From Acidilobaceae archaeon (GTDB taxonomy: Archaea > Thermoproteota > Thermoprotei_A > Sulfolobales > Acidilobaceae), in assembly GCA_038897215.1 (NCBI GenBank), contig JAWAWX010000001.1:320001-384000 (forward strand): a stretch of DNA of 64,000 nt. The letters run 5' to 3'. The notes under the pieces are model-generated. The model had not been told where the DNA came from. It made no database searches and was given only the letters and a program-made list of their open reading frames with translations. Both the position numbers and the translations under genes were made by a program. Below are positions 22,385 through 31,979 of the stretch, piece after piece. Position 1 is the stretch's first letter, and each line of letters starts with the position of its first letter.

Positions 22385-22703
22385 ACCCTCTATAGTGGGA
22401 GCACTTCAGCCTGCAGGTTAAATACTTTAATGGTTTCAGCGGACGTGCCGACTCTCTGACTACTCGTTTTCGAGCTTTCCCGGTCTCTCCGAGAGGCTTT
22501 GCTGAAATCGTGATAGAGGAGGGTTTATAGTGCCCTCTGACTCTCGTACAGCTCGCTGGCACACAGTCTATCGTCTCTCATCAAAGCCCTCTTGGGCGAA
22601 GGCTTGCGCGTAGGTCGAGTTCTCGAGAAACCCGTTTGCCGTGAGCTCTTTGCAGAGAAGATGGTCACGCCTTCTCTGAAGCGCGAGCATACTCTTCGGT
22701 CTC

Positions 22704-24119
22704 TCAGCCAGGTGCCTCTACGCCTTCTCTCCTGAGTATGCTCCTAGCCGCTATGACTCCCGTTGCTGCCGCTATATTCATGCCTCTAGAGAGCCCTGTG
22801 CCGTCTCCGGCTGCGAAGACGTTCTCTAGCGTTGTCTCTAGCTCTCTCGTCACCTTTGCTCTGACGCTGTAGAACTTTATCTCGGGAGCGTAGAGCAGAG
22901 TCTGTGGCGAAGCGAGACCGGGGATGATCTCGTCTAGTCTCTCTATAGCCTCCACTATATTGGCGACTACTCTATAGGGGTAGCCCATAGCTATATCGCC
23001 TGGAGTAACGGACTTGAGTGTAGGCTCGACCACGCTCCTCTCTATCCTAGCCCACGTGCTCCTCCTGCCCGCCACCAGGTCGCCGAATCTCTGCACTATT
23101 GGCTTTCCGCCCCCAAGCTTAGTCATTAGTCTCGATAAGCTCTTACCGTAGGCTATAGTGTCTTCGAGGGGGTCCGTGAGCCTTACTGTGACTAGTAGAG
23201 CGAAGTTCGTGTTCCTCGACTTGAGCGTAGCGAACTCCTCTCCGTTCACTCCCACAGTATCGTCTGGATAGCGCTCCTCTACTACGAACCCGTTGGGGTT
23301 AGTGCAGAAAGTCCTGACCTTGTCGTCGTAAGACCTGGTGTAGAGAACTATCTTGGGGTCTCTGAAGATCTTGGTTATAGGCTCCATCACGTACGATGGA
23401 ACCTCTACTCTAACCCCTATGTCTAGAGGGCCCGGCTCGACAGCTATCCCTCTTCTCCTGGCCAGCTCGGAGAACCACTCTGCTCCCACACGTCCGGGAG
23501 CGAGTATAACGTACCTAGCCTGGACCTCTCCTCTACTCGTCTTGATTCTATATGCTCCATTAAGCTTCTCGATGTCGACTGCTTGAGTGTACTCGTAGAT
23601 AGTGACTCCTCTGGCTTTGACGAACTCGAGCATATTAGCTACTACCTTCGGCATGATGTCAGAGCCTATGTGTCTCTGAGGAGTGGGGATGAACTTAGCG
23701 CCCGCTTTTGCTGCTAGTCTCTCGAGCTCTAGAGAGGCCTCCTTGGAGGGCGATATTATGTTGTTTGGAGCTCCGAAGAATGCCAGGACTTCATCTACAT
23801 ACCTAACTAACCCCTCGGCCTCCTCCCAGCTACCGACTAGCTTGTCTAGGTCTCCGCCCACGTCGGGTCTTAGGTTTAGAGCCCCACTACTCAGAGTCGC
23901 CGCGCCGCCTACTCCAGCCATTATGTTGCACGGCTTGCAGTTAGCGCACTCTCTATCTCTCGATAGCTTTCTCGGATTAAACATAGGGCAGAATCTGAGA
24001 GGGTTACCGCTACCCATCTCTATGACTGCTACTCTAAGCCTCCCATTAGACCATCTCGCTATCTCGTAGGATGCGAAGAGTCCGGCTATGCCTCCCCCGA
24101 TTACTGCAACATCGTACAC
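22704..24119 (-). CDS. Uncharacterised FAD-dependent oxidoreductase (COG2509-like)
   Basis: GGGIAG Rossmann motif, CP...CxxCxPC, RHIGSD, DIGVRVE, VRTFCTNP, YAPEIKFYS, AAGDG. Confidence 0.85.
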   Translation of the reverse strand: MYDVAVIGGGIAGLFASYEIARWSNGRLRVAVIEMGSGNPLRFCPMFNPRKLSRDRECANCKPCNIMAGVGGAATLSSGALNLRPDVGGDLDKLVGSWEEAEGLVRYVDEVLAFFGAPNNIISPSKEASLELERLAAKAGAKFIPTPQRHIGSDIMPKVVANMLEFVKARGVTIYEYTQAVDIEKLNGAYRIKTSRGEVQARYVILAPGRVGAEWFSELARRRGIAVEPGPLDIGVRVEVPSYVMEPITKIFRDPKIVLYTRSYDDKVRTFCTNPNGFVVEERYPDDTVGVNGEEFATLKSRNTNFALLVTVRLTDPLEDTIAYGKSLSRLMTKLGGGKPIVQRFGDLVAGRRSTWARIERSVVEPTLKSVTPGDIAMGYPYRVVANIVEAIERLDEIIPGLASPQTLLYAPEIKFYSVRAKVTRELETTLENVFAAGDGTGLSRGMNIAAATGVIAARSILRREGVEAPG

Positions 24120-24125
24120 ATCGAG

Positions 24126-25169
24126 TCACCCGAGGAGCCCCGTGTCTCTCCTCCGGTCTACTACGCACTCCACACTCTCCCCAGTCCCTAGTAGAGTAAC
24201 GGGGGTCCTCAAGGCGTTCTCTATGCTCTCAACCCACTCTCTAGCTCCTCTAGGCAGAGACTCCCACCTCCTAGCGCATCTAGCATCGGGGAATAGCGCG
24301 TCCAGCTTGGTGATAGCGATCTGTGTGGGAGAGTTTAGCATTACTGCTCTCTGCGCTAGCTTCAGGTTGAATAAGGCGACTCTCCTCCTCCTTCCAGTCA
24401 CAGAGCCGTACTCTACTAGACCGAGCTTCTCCGCGTCTTCTGGAGAGAGCTCTCCCTCTAAAGGACCGCCTCCTACTCGAGTCACGTACGACTTGAATAC
24501 CAGAATGACGTCTGTGACTCTAGTAGGCCCTACCCCCACTTCTGATAGCACTGCTGAGGCAGTAGTGTCTCTGCTCGTGACGTACGGGTATGTTCCGTGA
24601 TATAGGCTCAGGAAAGCTCCCTGAGTCCCCTCGACTAGAACGAGTTCTCCACGGTCTAGAGCTTCGTTAACAAGTAGAGGCACATCGCTCACATATGGAG
24701 AGAGCTCTGGGAAGTCTTTAGCCAGTCTAAGCCTTCGCAGAACCCTATCAGACATAGCGTACCCTACTCCCTGAAGAGTCGACCCTATAGCTCCAGCTAG
24801 CTCAGAGTCTCTCTTCTCGAGCTCGACATGCTTCTCCTCTATAACGCCTGTATTCATATCAACAAACATCCTATCCCTAACGCCAGTCTCTTCGACCTCC
24901 TTCAAGAACACATCGAGCCTGATCAGAGCACCGGGGGCCACAGCTAGAACCACCTTCTTGTTGATGAAGCTCGAGGGAACTACACGAAGTCTCCAAGTCC
25001 TCCCCTCGAAGACGACAGTATGGCCGGCGTTAACGGCTCCTGTTCTCACAGCTATAGCCGGGTTGTCTACGAGCCCTAGATACGCTGCTATCTTACCCTT
25101 ACCTTCGTCTCCGAAAAAGCCCCCGACGACTACTACTAGAGCCGTGCCTCCATCACCTCCAGGAAGCAC
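24126..25169 (-). CDS. purA: Adenylosuccinate synthetase (short archaeal type)
   Basis: GGFFGDEGKGK, NAGHT, EGTQG, GTYPYVTS, RVGGGP, VTGRRRR, ITKLD; true start may be ACG at 25145. Confidence 0.96.
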   Translation of the reverse strand: MLPGGDGGTALVVVVGGFFGDEGKGKIAAYLGLVDNPAIAVRTGAVNAGHTVVFEGRTWRLRVVPSSFINKKVVLAVAPGALIRLDVFLKEVEETGVRDRMFVDMNTGVIEEKHVELEKRDSELAGAIGSTLQGVGYAMSDRVLRRLRLAKDFPELSPYVSDVPLLVNEALDRGELVLVEGTQGAFLSLYHGTYPYVTSRDTTASAVLSEVGVGPTRVTDVILVFKSYVTRVGGGPLEGELSPEDAEKLGLVEYGSVTGRRRRVALFNLKLAQRAVMLNSPTQIAITKLDALFPDARCARRWESLPRGAREWVESIENALRTPVTLLGTGESVECVVDRRRDTGLLG

Positions 25170-25396
25170 TGCGTTAGAGCGCTAGAGAGACCATGCTTCT
25201 CGAGAATACTCGGTGTCAAGTAGGTTCCTTGAGTTGACTATAGCGCTTCTAGAGTTAATATGTACTCGGCAGAGCCTAGTTATCGTGGTCAAGCAGAGAT
25301 AGCGTCTATACCCGTAGCACTCTTGCGGTAACTCCGAGATATCTCGAGGAGCTTTAGACTACTGTGTAAAGACGTTTTGCGCTAATTTTTTAAATT

Positions 25397-25414
25397 TCTT
25401 TATAACTATAAAGA
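25397..25414. promoter_or_regulatory. Perfect 8-2-8 palindrome in the purA/nuo divergent region, candidate operator
   Basis: TCTTTATA-AC-TATAAAGA, directly after TTTTTAAA. Confidence 0.4.
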
Positions 25415-25554
25415 TTATCCGATAACGATATGGAGACACAACGACTATAGCATACTTGTAGTTATTGCCTGGCTCTCGGCAATAGTCTAAGCCTACATTC
25501 GGCTAGAATTTTTTAAGTGGGTCTTTAGTGGTATCCCTTTCTCGGAGACTGCTT

Positions 25555-25941
25555 GTGACGAGTTTTCTAGAGTTGCTATCGAGAGACGTGGTCTCTCTCG
25601 TAGTAGCCCCCCTCATGCTCACAGCCTTCTTGGGAGCTCTCGTGCTCGCGTTAGCGCTCCTCTCGAGGAGGCCGGGGAGCTCTCTAGTCTCAGCTGAGAG
25701 GTACGAGGCAGGTAATCCTCCATGGGGCTCTGCTAGAAGGCCTCTCGAGATGCAGTACGTAGCCTACCTGGTGCTCTTCGCTACCATCGAGCCGGTCTTG
25801 GTCGTAACGGGCTTTCTAGCGCTTGCTGGACTCATTGCCGCTCCTCTCTTCATCGCCTTCCTACTCCTTCTCTCGATACCAGTCTTAGTGTATGGAGCCT
25901 ACGAGGCTAGAAGAGTCTCTGTGGAGGTTGCTCAGCAGTGA
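25555..25941 (+). CDS. nuoA: Complex I-like subunit A
   Basis: Three TM helices, RYEAGNPP loop, LFATIE; TATA at ~25510 favours GTG 25555 over 25528. Confidence 0.85.
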   Translation: MTSFLELLSRDVVSLVVAPLMLTAFLGALVLALALLSRRPGSSLVSAERYEAGNPPWGSARRPLEMQYVAYLVLFATIEPVLVVTGFLALAGLIAAPLFIAFLLLLSIPVLVYGAYEARRVSVEVAQQ

Positions 25942-26489
25942 TCTACGTTGGAGTTCTTGAAGCAGCTTATCGGAGAGCTCTCGAGATCCTCTCCGGCAAG
26001 CTGAGAATCGGCCAGGTAGCCGACTGGTTCACAGCCTACAGTCTCTGGCCAGTGCACCTGGTTACGGGCTGTTGTGGAGCCGAGTTCGCTGCAGCCTACG
26101 GCCCTCTGGTTGACTGCGAGCAGTACGGCTCCCTGCCCTGGGTGTCCCCCAGGCAGACTAACTTGATAGTGATAGAGGGGACTGTCACCAGGAAGATGGC
26201 GTGCGCACTCAAGATCACATACGAGCAGATGCCCCCGCCTAAGTACGTGATAGCCATGGGGGCGTGCGCTATAGACTACGGGGTCTTCAGAGGCAGCTAC
26301 AACATGGTGAAGCCCTGGGAGGTAGTCCCCGTAGACATCTTCGTGCCAGGATGCCCGCCTACGCCCGAAGCTCTCGCTAGAGCCATAGTGGAGCTACAGA
26401 GGAAGATAAAGAGGGGGGAGGTCGCGGCGAAGACGGGAGCGCTACTGAGTGAAGCTAAGGCAGACCCGTGCAGATGGTGGTCTCCCTGA
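25938..26489 (+). CDS. nuoB: Complex I-like subunit B
   Basis: TGCCGAE, SPRQ, MGACA, VPGCPP (N2 cluster ligands). Confidence 0.95.
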   Translation: MIYVGVLEAAYRRALEILSGKLRIGQVADWFTAYSLWPVHLVTGCCGAEFAAAYGPLVDCEQYGSLPWVSPRQTNLIVIEGTVTRKMACALKITYEQMPPPKYVIAMGACAIDYGVFRGSYNMVKPWEVVPVDIFVPGCPPTPEALARAIVELQRKIKRGEVAAKTGALLSEAKADPCRWWSP

Positions 26490-26929
26490 GCGAGCGCGCG
26501 AGGATAGTCGAGGAAGCTCTGAAGAGAGCCGGGCTTAGAGTAGCGAGGCACGTAGGCGTGCTGGAGGTCGAGGTCGACAAGAGCAGGATCGTCGAGGCGG
26601 CTCTCGCGCTCAGAGAGCTAGGGTTCGACCACGTTAAGGCAGTAGTGGCTGTCGACGAGCCTGAGAACGAGAGGATCAGAGTCTCCTACGTGGTCTCCAG
26701 CTTCGACGAGAGCGAGACGCTCGTGGCTCTAACCGTAGACGTCTCTCGCAGCGACCCCCGCCTCGAGAGCCTTACTCGAGTCTGGCCGAGCACGGAGCTC
26801 CAGGAGAGAGAGGTTTACGAGCTCTTCGGAGTCGTCTTCGAGAACCACCCAGACCTCAGGCCTGTACTCCTAGACCCCGAGCTGGCTGAGAAGAAGGTGA
26901 TGAGGAGGGACTTCAGGATTGAGTGGTGA
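26468..26929 (+). CDS. nuoC: Complex I-like subunit C
   Basis: EREVYELFGVVFENHPDLR. Confidence 0.92.
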   Translation: MQMVVSLSERARIVEEALKRAGLRVARHVGVLEVEVDKSRIVEAALALRELGFDHVKAVVAVDEPENERIRVSYVVSSFDESETLVALTVDVSRSDPRLESLTRVWPSTELQEREVYELFGVVFENHPDLRPVLLDPELAEKKVMRRDFRIEW

Positions 26930-28136
26930 GCAAGCAAGCGCTGGAGTGTTTAGAGCTAGGAGGGTTAGCGGAGACCTCTACGATATATTCGTGGGGCCCC
27001 AGCACCCCGGCTCTGGCCACATGAGGCTCAGAGTGAGGCTCGATGGAGACGTGATAGCTGAGGTAGACCCGGATGCTGGCTACGTCCACAGAGGGGTAGA
27101 GAAGCTAGCGGAGACCAGAGAGTGGCTGAAGAACATTCCTCTCTTCGAGCGCGTGAACATAATAGATGCTTGCAACATAACGCTACCCTACGTGAGAGCG
27201 ATAGAGGCTCTATCGGGGCTAACGGTGACCACTAAGGCTAGCGTTCTCAGAACAGCTCTCTGCGAGATAAACAGGATCGCTTCTCACCTCTACGGCTTCA
27301 GCATACTCGGAGTCTTCATAGGCCACTCGACCATGTACATGTGGTGCATGGCTGATAGAGAGGTCTTCGTCAAGCTAGCCGAGATCCTAACGGGCGCCAG
27401 GCTAACGCACACCTACGCTATCCCAGGAGGCGTTAGGAGAGACGCTCCGAGAAGCTTCTCCGAACTCCTGAGGAAGGCAGCGCGCTTCATGAGGAGGAGG
27501 CTTAGAGAGTACGACTCGTTCTTCTTGAAGAACCCCGTGGTTAGAAGCAGGCTTGAGAACGTTGGAGCAATATCGAGGAAGACCGCTGTAGAGCTAGGGC
27601 TCACAGGCCCCAATCTGAGAGGTAGCGGGGTAGCCTACGACGTCAGGCAACGCGAGCCCTACGAGGCGTACGGAGACCTAGACTTCGAGATCCCGGTGGC
27701 GAACGAGGGAGACGCTCTAGCCAGGACGTATGTGAGAGTGCACGAAATAGAGCAGAGTCTACTCATCCTCGAGCAGATAGCCTCAATGCTGGAGAAGCTC
27801 GACAAAGAGCCGGTGATCCCCGAGAAGACGCTGGAGAAGCTACCGAAGCTCTACAGAGAGGTCTACGAGCAGAAGGGCGTAGTCAAGCTTCTCCCGACGA
27901 TGGTCACCATGCGAGTCCCCCCGGGGAGAGCTGTGTCGAGAGCTGAGGCTGCTAGAGGAGAAGTCCTCTACTATGTGGAGAGCAGAGGCGGAGACAAGCC
28001 CTACAGGGTTAGGCTCGTGACCCCCTCCTTCAGGAACCTGGCCGCATTGAAGTATGCCGCGCCCGGGCACAAGCTGATGGACCTTCCAGCGATCTACGCG
28101 AGTCTAGACTACTTCCCGCCTGAGGCTGATAGGTGA
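26919..28136 (+). CDS. nuoD: Complex I-like subunit D (quinone-binding, no NiFe Cys motifs)
   Basis: GPQHPG..GH, GYVHRGVEK, GPNLRGSG, C-terminal DYFPPEADR. Confidence 0.95.
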   Translation: MSGEQASAGVFRARRVSGDLYDIFVGPQHPGSGHMRLRVRLDGDVIAEVDPDAGYVHRGVEKLAETREWLKNIPLFERVNIIDACNITLPYVRAIEALSGLTVTTKASVLRTALCEINRIASHLYGFSILGVFIGHSTMYMWCMADREVFVKLAEILTGARLTHTYAIPGGVRRDAPRSFSELLRKAARFMRRRLREYDSFFLKNPVVRSRLENVGAISRKTAVELGLTGPNLRGSGVAYDVRQREPYEAYGDLDFEIPVANEGDALARTYVRVHEIEQSLLILEQIASMLEKLDKEPVIPEKTLEKLPKLYREVYEQKGVVKLLPTMVTMRVPPGRAVSRAEAARGEVLYYVESRGGDKPYRVRLVTPSFRNLAALKYAAPGHKLMDLPAIYASLDYFPPEADR

Positions 28137-29152
28137 TGAGCGAGCTAGCTGGAGCTCTCTGGAACGTCGTCGTGGTGGGCTTGCTCGGCTCAGCCGTCTT
28201 CTCAGCTATAGCAGTGTGGTTCGAGAGGAAGGCGACTGCTAGAGTGCAGAGGAGGATAGGGCCTCTGTGGGTGAGCGCTCGAGCTGGAGGCATTCTCCAG
28301 CCGCTCGCCGACCTAATCAGGCTGGCTAGGCAGCCCCCCGTGCTCCCCCGGGAGGCTCACAAGCCGGTTCTCGTCATGCTCACTGTCCTGGCTTTCGTGG
28401 CTTCTCTAGCGCCCGTCTTCGTATTGCCTATGACGAGCGTTGAGAGGTACGCTCCTCTGAGTAGCACTAGCTACACTCTCTTCCTGGCTCTCGCGATAGC
28501 CGTTCTCGCCTCTCTACCGATAGTGTTCATGGGGTGGGCTAGCGGGAACAAGTTCGCTGTGATCGGTAGCCTGAGAGAGTCCTACATACTCATAACGTAC
28601 GAGGTCGTGATGCTAGCCTCTATAGTCTCCGCTGTAGTGCTAGCCGGTACTCTCGACGTAGTGGAGATCGTCGAGTTCCAGAAGCAGCATCTCTGGATAG
28701 CTCTAATGAATCCGCTGAGCCTAGCGGCTCTAGTGCTCGCCATGTTTTTAGCCTCGTCCTCTTTCCCCTTCGAGATCGCTGAATCCGAGACAGACGTGGT
28801 CGCAGGACCCTACACTGAGCTCAGCGGCGTCCTCTACGCTCTATCCATGGCTAGCGTCTACGTGAAGCGCTACGCTTACTCCGTGATAGCGTCGATAGTC
28901 TTTCTGGGAGGCTGGGACCCCATTGAGCCGAGCGGAGGTCTAGCCATGTCTCTAGCCGCTCCAACTCTAGTCGTTCTATTCAAGGCCCTTCTCGTGATGC
29001 TATTCGCTAGCACCACTAGAGCAGTATACGGGAGACTGAGGCTAGACCAGGCTCTAGACGTGGCTTGGAGAGTCGGAGTCCCTCTAGCGGTAGCCGCGAT
29101 AGCCTGGTCCGCTGTTCTCAGAGCTCTCTTGATGGTGACAGGCTATGGCTAG
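28133..29152 (+). CDS. nuoH: Complex I-like subunit H
   Basis: ERK..ARVQRRIGP, QPLAD, YEV, PFEIAESET...GPYTE. Confidence 0.94.
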   Translation: MMSELAGALWNVVVVGLLGSAVFSAIAVWFERKATARVQRRIGPLWVSARAGGILQPLADLIRLARQPPVLPREAHKPVLVMLTVLAFVASLAPVFVLPMTSVERYAPLSSTSYTLFLALAIAVLASLPIVFMGWASGNKFAVIGSLRESYILITYEVVMLASIVSAVVLAGTLDVVEIVEFQKQHLWIALMNPLSLAALVLAMFLASSSFPFEIAESETDVVAGPYTELSGVLYALSMASVYVKRYAYSVIASIVFLGGWDPIEPSGGLAMSLAAPTLVVLFKALLVMLFASTTRAVYGRLRLDQALDVAWRVGVPLAVAAIAWSAVLRALLMVTGYG

Positions 29153-29651
29153 AACTAGATTGGTAGAAGCGGGTAGGCAGAGCTACTGGAGTAGCCTAGT
29201 CTACTCGCTGAGAGTCCTAGCTGAGGGAGTCAAGTACATGATCCGCCCCCGGAGGAGGTTCACGATCCTCTATCCCAGAGAGCGAGTCGCTCACGAAGAG
29301 GGTTTCAGAGGGTACATAGAGCTGAGCCTACCCAAATGCATCGGGTGCAGGAGCTGCGAGAGAGTGTGCCCGGCTAGAGCGATTGAGATGGTAGCAGTGG
29401 CTTCTCAAGAGGCTCGGTCTAAGCTAGCTCCTCGCTTCAACTATCAGAGGTGCATATTCTGCGGCTTCTGCGTCGACGTGTGTCCCACCAACGCTCTCTC
29501 CCACATAGAGAGCCTAGACCAGGTGTACGAGAGACTCGAAGACATGGCCGTCGAGCCGGGAGAGCCCCCGACCCGCTTGCCCGAGGAGGGAGAGCCCCGC
29601 GCTCACGTGATCGATGAGGAAGAGGGTCTGGTCAAGGTGAGGGAGAGATGA
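29145..29651 (+). CDS. nuoI: Complex I-like subunit I (2x[4Fe-4S])
   Basis: YP.E...FRG, CIGCRSCERVCP, CIFCGFCVDVCP. Confidence 0.95.
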   Translation: MARTRLVEAGRQSYWSSLVYSLRVLAEGVKYMIRPRRRFTILYPRERVAHEEGFRGYIELSLPKCIGCRSCERVCPARAIEMVAVASQEARSKLAPRFNYQRCIFCGFCVDVCPTNALSHIESLDQVYERLEDMAVEPGEPPTRLPEEGEPRAHVIDEEEGLVKVRER

Positions 29652-30130
29652 GTCTGCTCTTGGTCGCTGTGATTGCCGCGATAGCTCTAGGGGTAGCTGC
29701 TGTAGCTCTGAGAGACCTAGTGTACTCGAGCCTCTCCCTAGCCGTCTTGGGGATAGCTACAGCCTCTCTTCTCGCTCTCTCGGGCTACTTGCTGCCAGCG
29801 ATCCTAGTCATCCTGGTCTACGTGGGGTCAGCAGTGATGCTCCTAGTGGTCTCAGTCTCCATGATCGGAGGGGTCGAGAGCGAGCCCAAGAGTAGCGCTC
29901 GGGGAGCTATAGCCGGCGTTGCAGCGTTCTCGCTCGCGCTACTACTCTACGTGGAGTCGAGAGGGTATATTGCTGAGAAAGCGCTCGAGCACCCATACGT
30001 CAGCATAGAGGCCGTGGCCAGCACTCTAGTCGAAGAATACCCTCTAGCGCTGGCCCTGATAGTGCTGTCTCTGCTAGCGACAGCCATCGAGGGCCTCTTG
30101 CTCCTGAGAGTCTGGGGTGCTAGAAGGTGA
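29648..30130 (+). CDS. nuoJ: Complex I-like subunit J
   Basis: Five TM helices, ILVYVGS motif, operon position. Confidence 0.85.
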   Translation: MSLLLVAVIAAIALGVAAVALRDLVYSSLSLAVLGIATASLLALSGYLLPAILVILVYVGSAVMLLVVSVSMIGGVESEPKSSARGAIAGVAAFSLALLLYVESRGYIAEKALEHPYVSIEAVASTLVEEYPLALALIVLSLLATAIEGLLLLRVWGARR

Positions 30131-30414
30131 TCAGCGACGTCTTGGCGGTAGCGGGTTGCGCTCTACTAGGCTTAGGGGTATACGGTCTCGTGAGCTCGAG
30201 TAATCTAGTCAAGCAACTGATCTCCATCGAGGTAGCGTTCAACGGAGCCATAGTCATGGTCGCCGCTCTGCTAGTAGCTAGCCCCGAATTCGCCACACTA
30301 CTGTTAGTCTTGCTGGCGGCTATCGCTACTAACGAGACGATAATGCTCATAGTGTTGATCCTAGCCTACTACAGGAGAGAACGTAGTCTAGCTTCGAGGG
30401 GTGTGGAGGCGTGA
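30127..30414 (+). CDS. nuoK: Complex I-like subunit K
   Basis: Three TM helices, LISIEV..N, AA..E. Confidence 0.85.
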   Translation: MISDVLAVAGCALLGLGVYGLVSSSNLVKQLISIEVAFNGAIVMVAALLVASPEFATLLLVLLAAIATNETIMLIVLILAYYRRERSLASRGVEA

Positions 30415-31979
30415 GCGAGGAGGTAGTCCTGGGGGCTCCCATACTCTGGCTCTCTATACTAACGCCACCACTACTAGCCGCCTTAGCCGGAGCTCTGGGC
30501 TTCAGGAGCGTCTGGCACGTGAGGCTGGTAGCCTACGCGTCGGCCGCTCTCTTCTCTCTCCCAGCCGCCGCTACTCTCTGGTATCTCTACGTGAGCGGGC
30601 ACAGAGCTCTAAGAGACCCTCTCTACGTAGACCTGAGGAGCCAGGGCTTCGGAGCCCTCGGGCTCGCTGTAGACCACTTCTCTGCTCCCGTGGTCATAGG
30701 AGTCTCTCTAGTCACGTCTCTCGTCTCGATATACAGCATCAAGTACATGGAGCACAGGATCGCCGAGATGGAGAAAGAGGGCGTTCACGCTCCGTCGCTC
30801 ACCGCTTACTACATCATGTACCTGTTGTTCTCCTCATCCATGCTCGGTGTAGCGATGTCGACGAACATGATCGAACTCTACGTATTCCTAGAGCTCTCCC
30901 TGATCTCGTCTTTCCTGCTAATAGCCTTATACGGCTACGGCGACAGGTTCTTCGTAGCGCTACTCTACTTCGTCTGGACTCACGTGAGTAGCATGCTGAT
31001 ACTACTCGGGGTCCTCTACTTCGGCTTGAAGGCGGGCTCCTTCGATATACTTGATATCTCGAGTCTCTCCTACGTAGCCGCCTACTCCAGCGTAGAACTC
31101 AAGGGTCTATCTACTCTCATCCCAATCCTCATGACTCTCGGCTTGCTCATAAAGCTTGCCGCCTTCGGCGTCCACGTGTGGCTCCCCTACGCTCACGCAG
31201 AGGCCCCCACGCCCGTCTCAGCGCTACTCTCACCGAACATGGTCGGGCTCGCTGGCTATCTCATAGCTAGACTTGGCTTCGTTCTCTTCGGTAACATCAT
31301 GACTCTCTTGAGCACTCCTCTCATAGTCCTTGCTCTCGTCAGCATAGTCTTCGGCGGTCTCCTAGCCGTGAGAGAGAATGATATAAAGAGGCTTCTAGCC
31401 TACTCTAGCGTGAGCCAGATGGGCTACATACTCTTAGGCATAGCCGCGCTCTCTAGCTACGGCTTGGCTGGAGCGATGCTACACTATCTCGCTCACGCTG
31501 TGGGCAAAGCGATACTATTCATGGTAGCAGGAGTCTTCATAATGGAGCTAGAGGGGCTGAGGAGTGTAGAGAAAGCCGGAGGGCTAGCGAAAGTCTACCC
31601 AGTGACTTCGGGATTAGCTGTCTACGGGTTCATGCATCTCATGGGAATGCCTCCCGCTATGGGTCTTTGGAGCAAGATCTTGATATTCTTCGGTCTCGTC
31701 GAGACATACCTAGCTACTCCACTAGCGCTCGCAGCGATAGCCGTCGCAGCAACCTTCTGCTTCCTAGCCACAGTCTTTTACGTGACGACGGCGCTTTCGA
31801 AGATATTCTTCGGTGAGACTCGAGGGGAGTGGAGCGTTAAAGAGGAGTTCGACGAGCCTAAGGCTACTATACTCGTTCTAGGGGTGACGGGGCTACTGTT
31901 GTTCATGTTGACTGTAGCGATCGCAGGACCTCTTCTCGAAGCCTCTGCTGAGCTCCTAAAAGCCGGGGGTGCTCCGTGA
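30411..31979 (+). CDS. nuoM: Complex I-like antiporter subunit M
   Basis: YVFLE, IKLAAFGVHVWLPYAHAEAPTPVSALL, KRLLAYSSVSQMG. Confidence 0.93.
   Translation: MSEEVVLGAPILWLSILTPPLLAALAGALGFRSVWHVRLVAYASAALFSLPAAATLWYLYVSGHRALRDPLYVDLRSQGFGALGLAVDHFSAPVVIGVSLVTSLVSIYSIKYMEHRIAEMEKEGVHAPSLTAYYIMYLLFSSSMLGVAMSTNMIELYVFLELSLISSFLLIALYGYGDRFFVALLYFVWTHVSSMLILLGVLYFGLKAGSFDILDISSLSYVAAYSSVELKGLSTLIPILMTLGLLIKLAAFGVHVWLPYAHAEAPTPVSALLSPNMVGLAGYLIARLGFVLFGNIMTLLSTPLIVLALVSIVFGGLLAVRENDIKRLLAYSSVSQMGYILLGIAALSSYGLAGAMLHYLAHAVGKAILFMVAGVFIMELEGLRSVEKAGGLAKVYPVTSGLAVYGFMHLMGMPPAMGLWSKILIFFGLVETYLATPLALAAIAVAATFCFLATVFYVTTALSKIFFGETRGEWSVKEEFDEPKATILVLGVTGLLLFMLTVAIAGPLLEASAELLKAGGAP

Noticed and set aside
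25938-28136. Group 4 [NiFe]-hydrogenase interpretation of the nuo operon
   Set aside because: The large subunit lacks both CxxC motifs (ERVNIIDA; DYFPPEADR)
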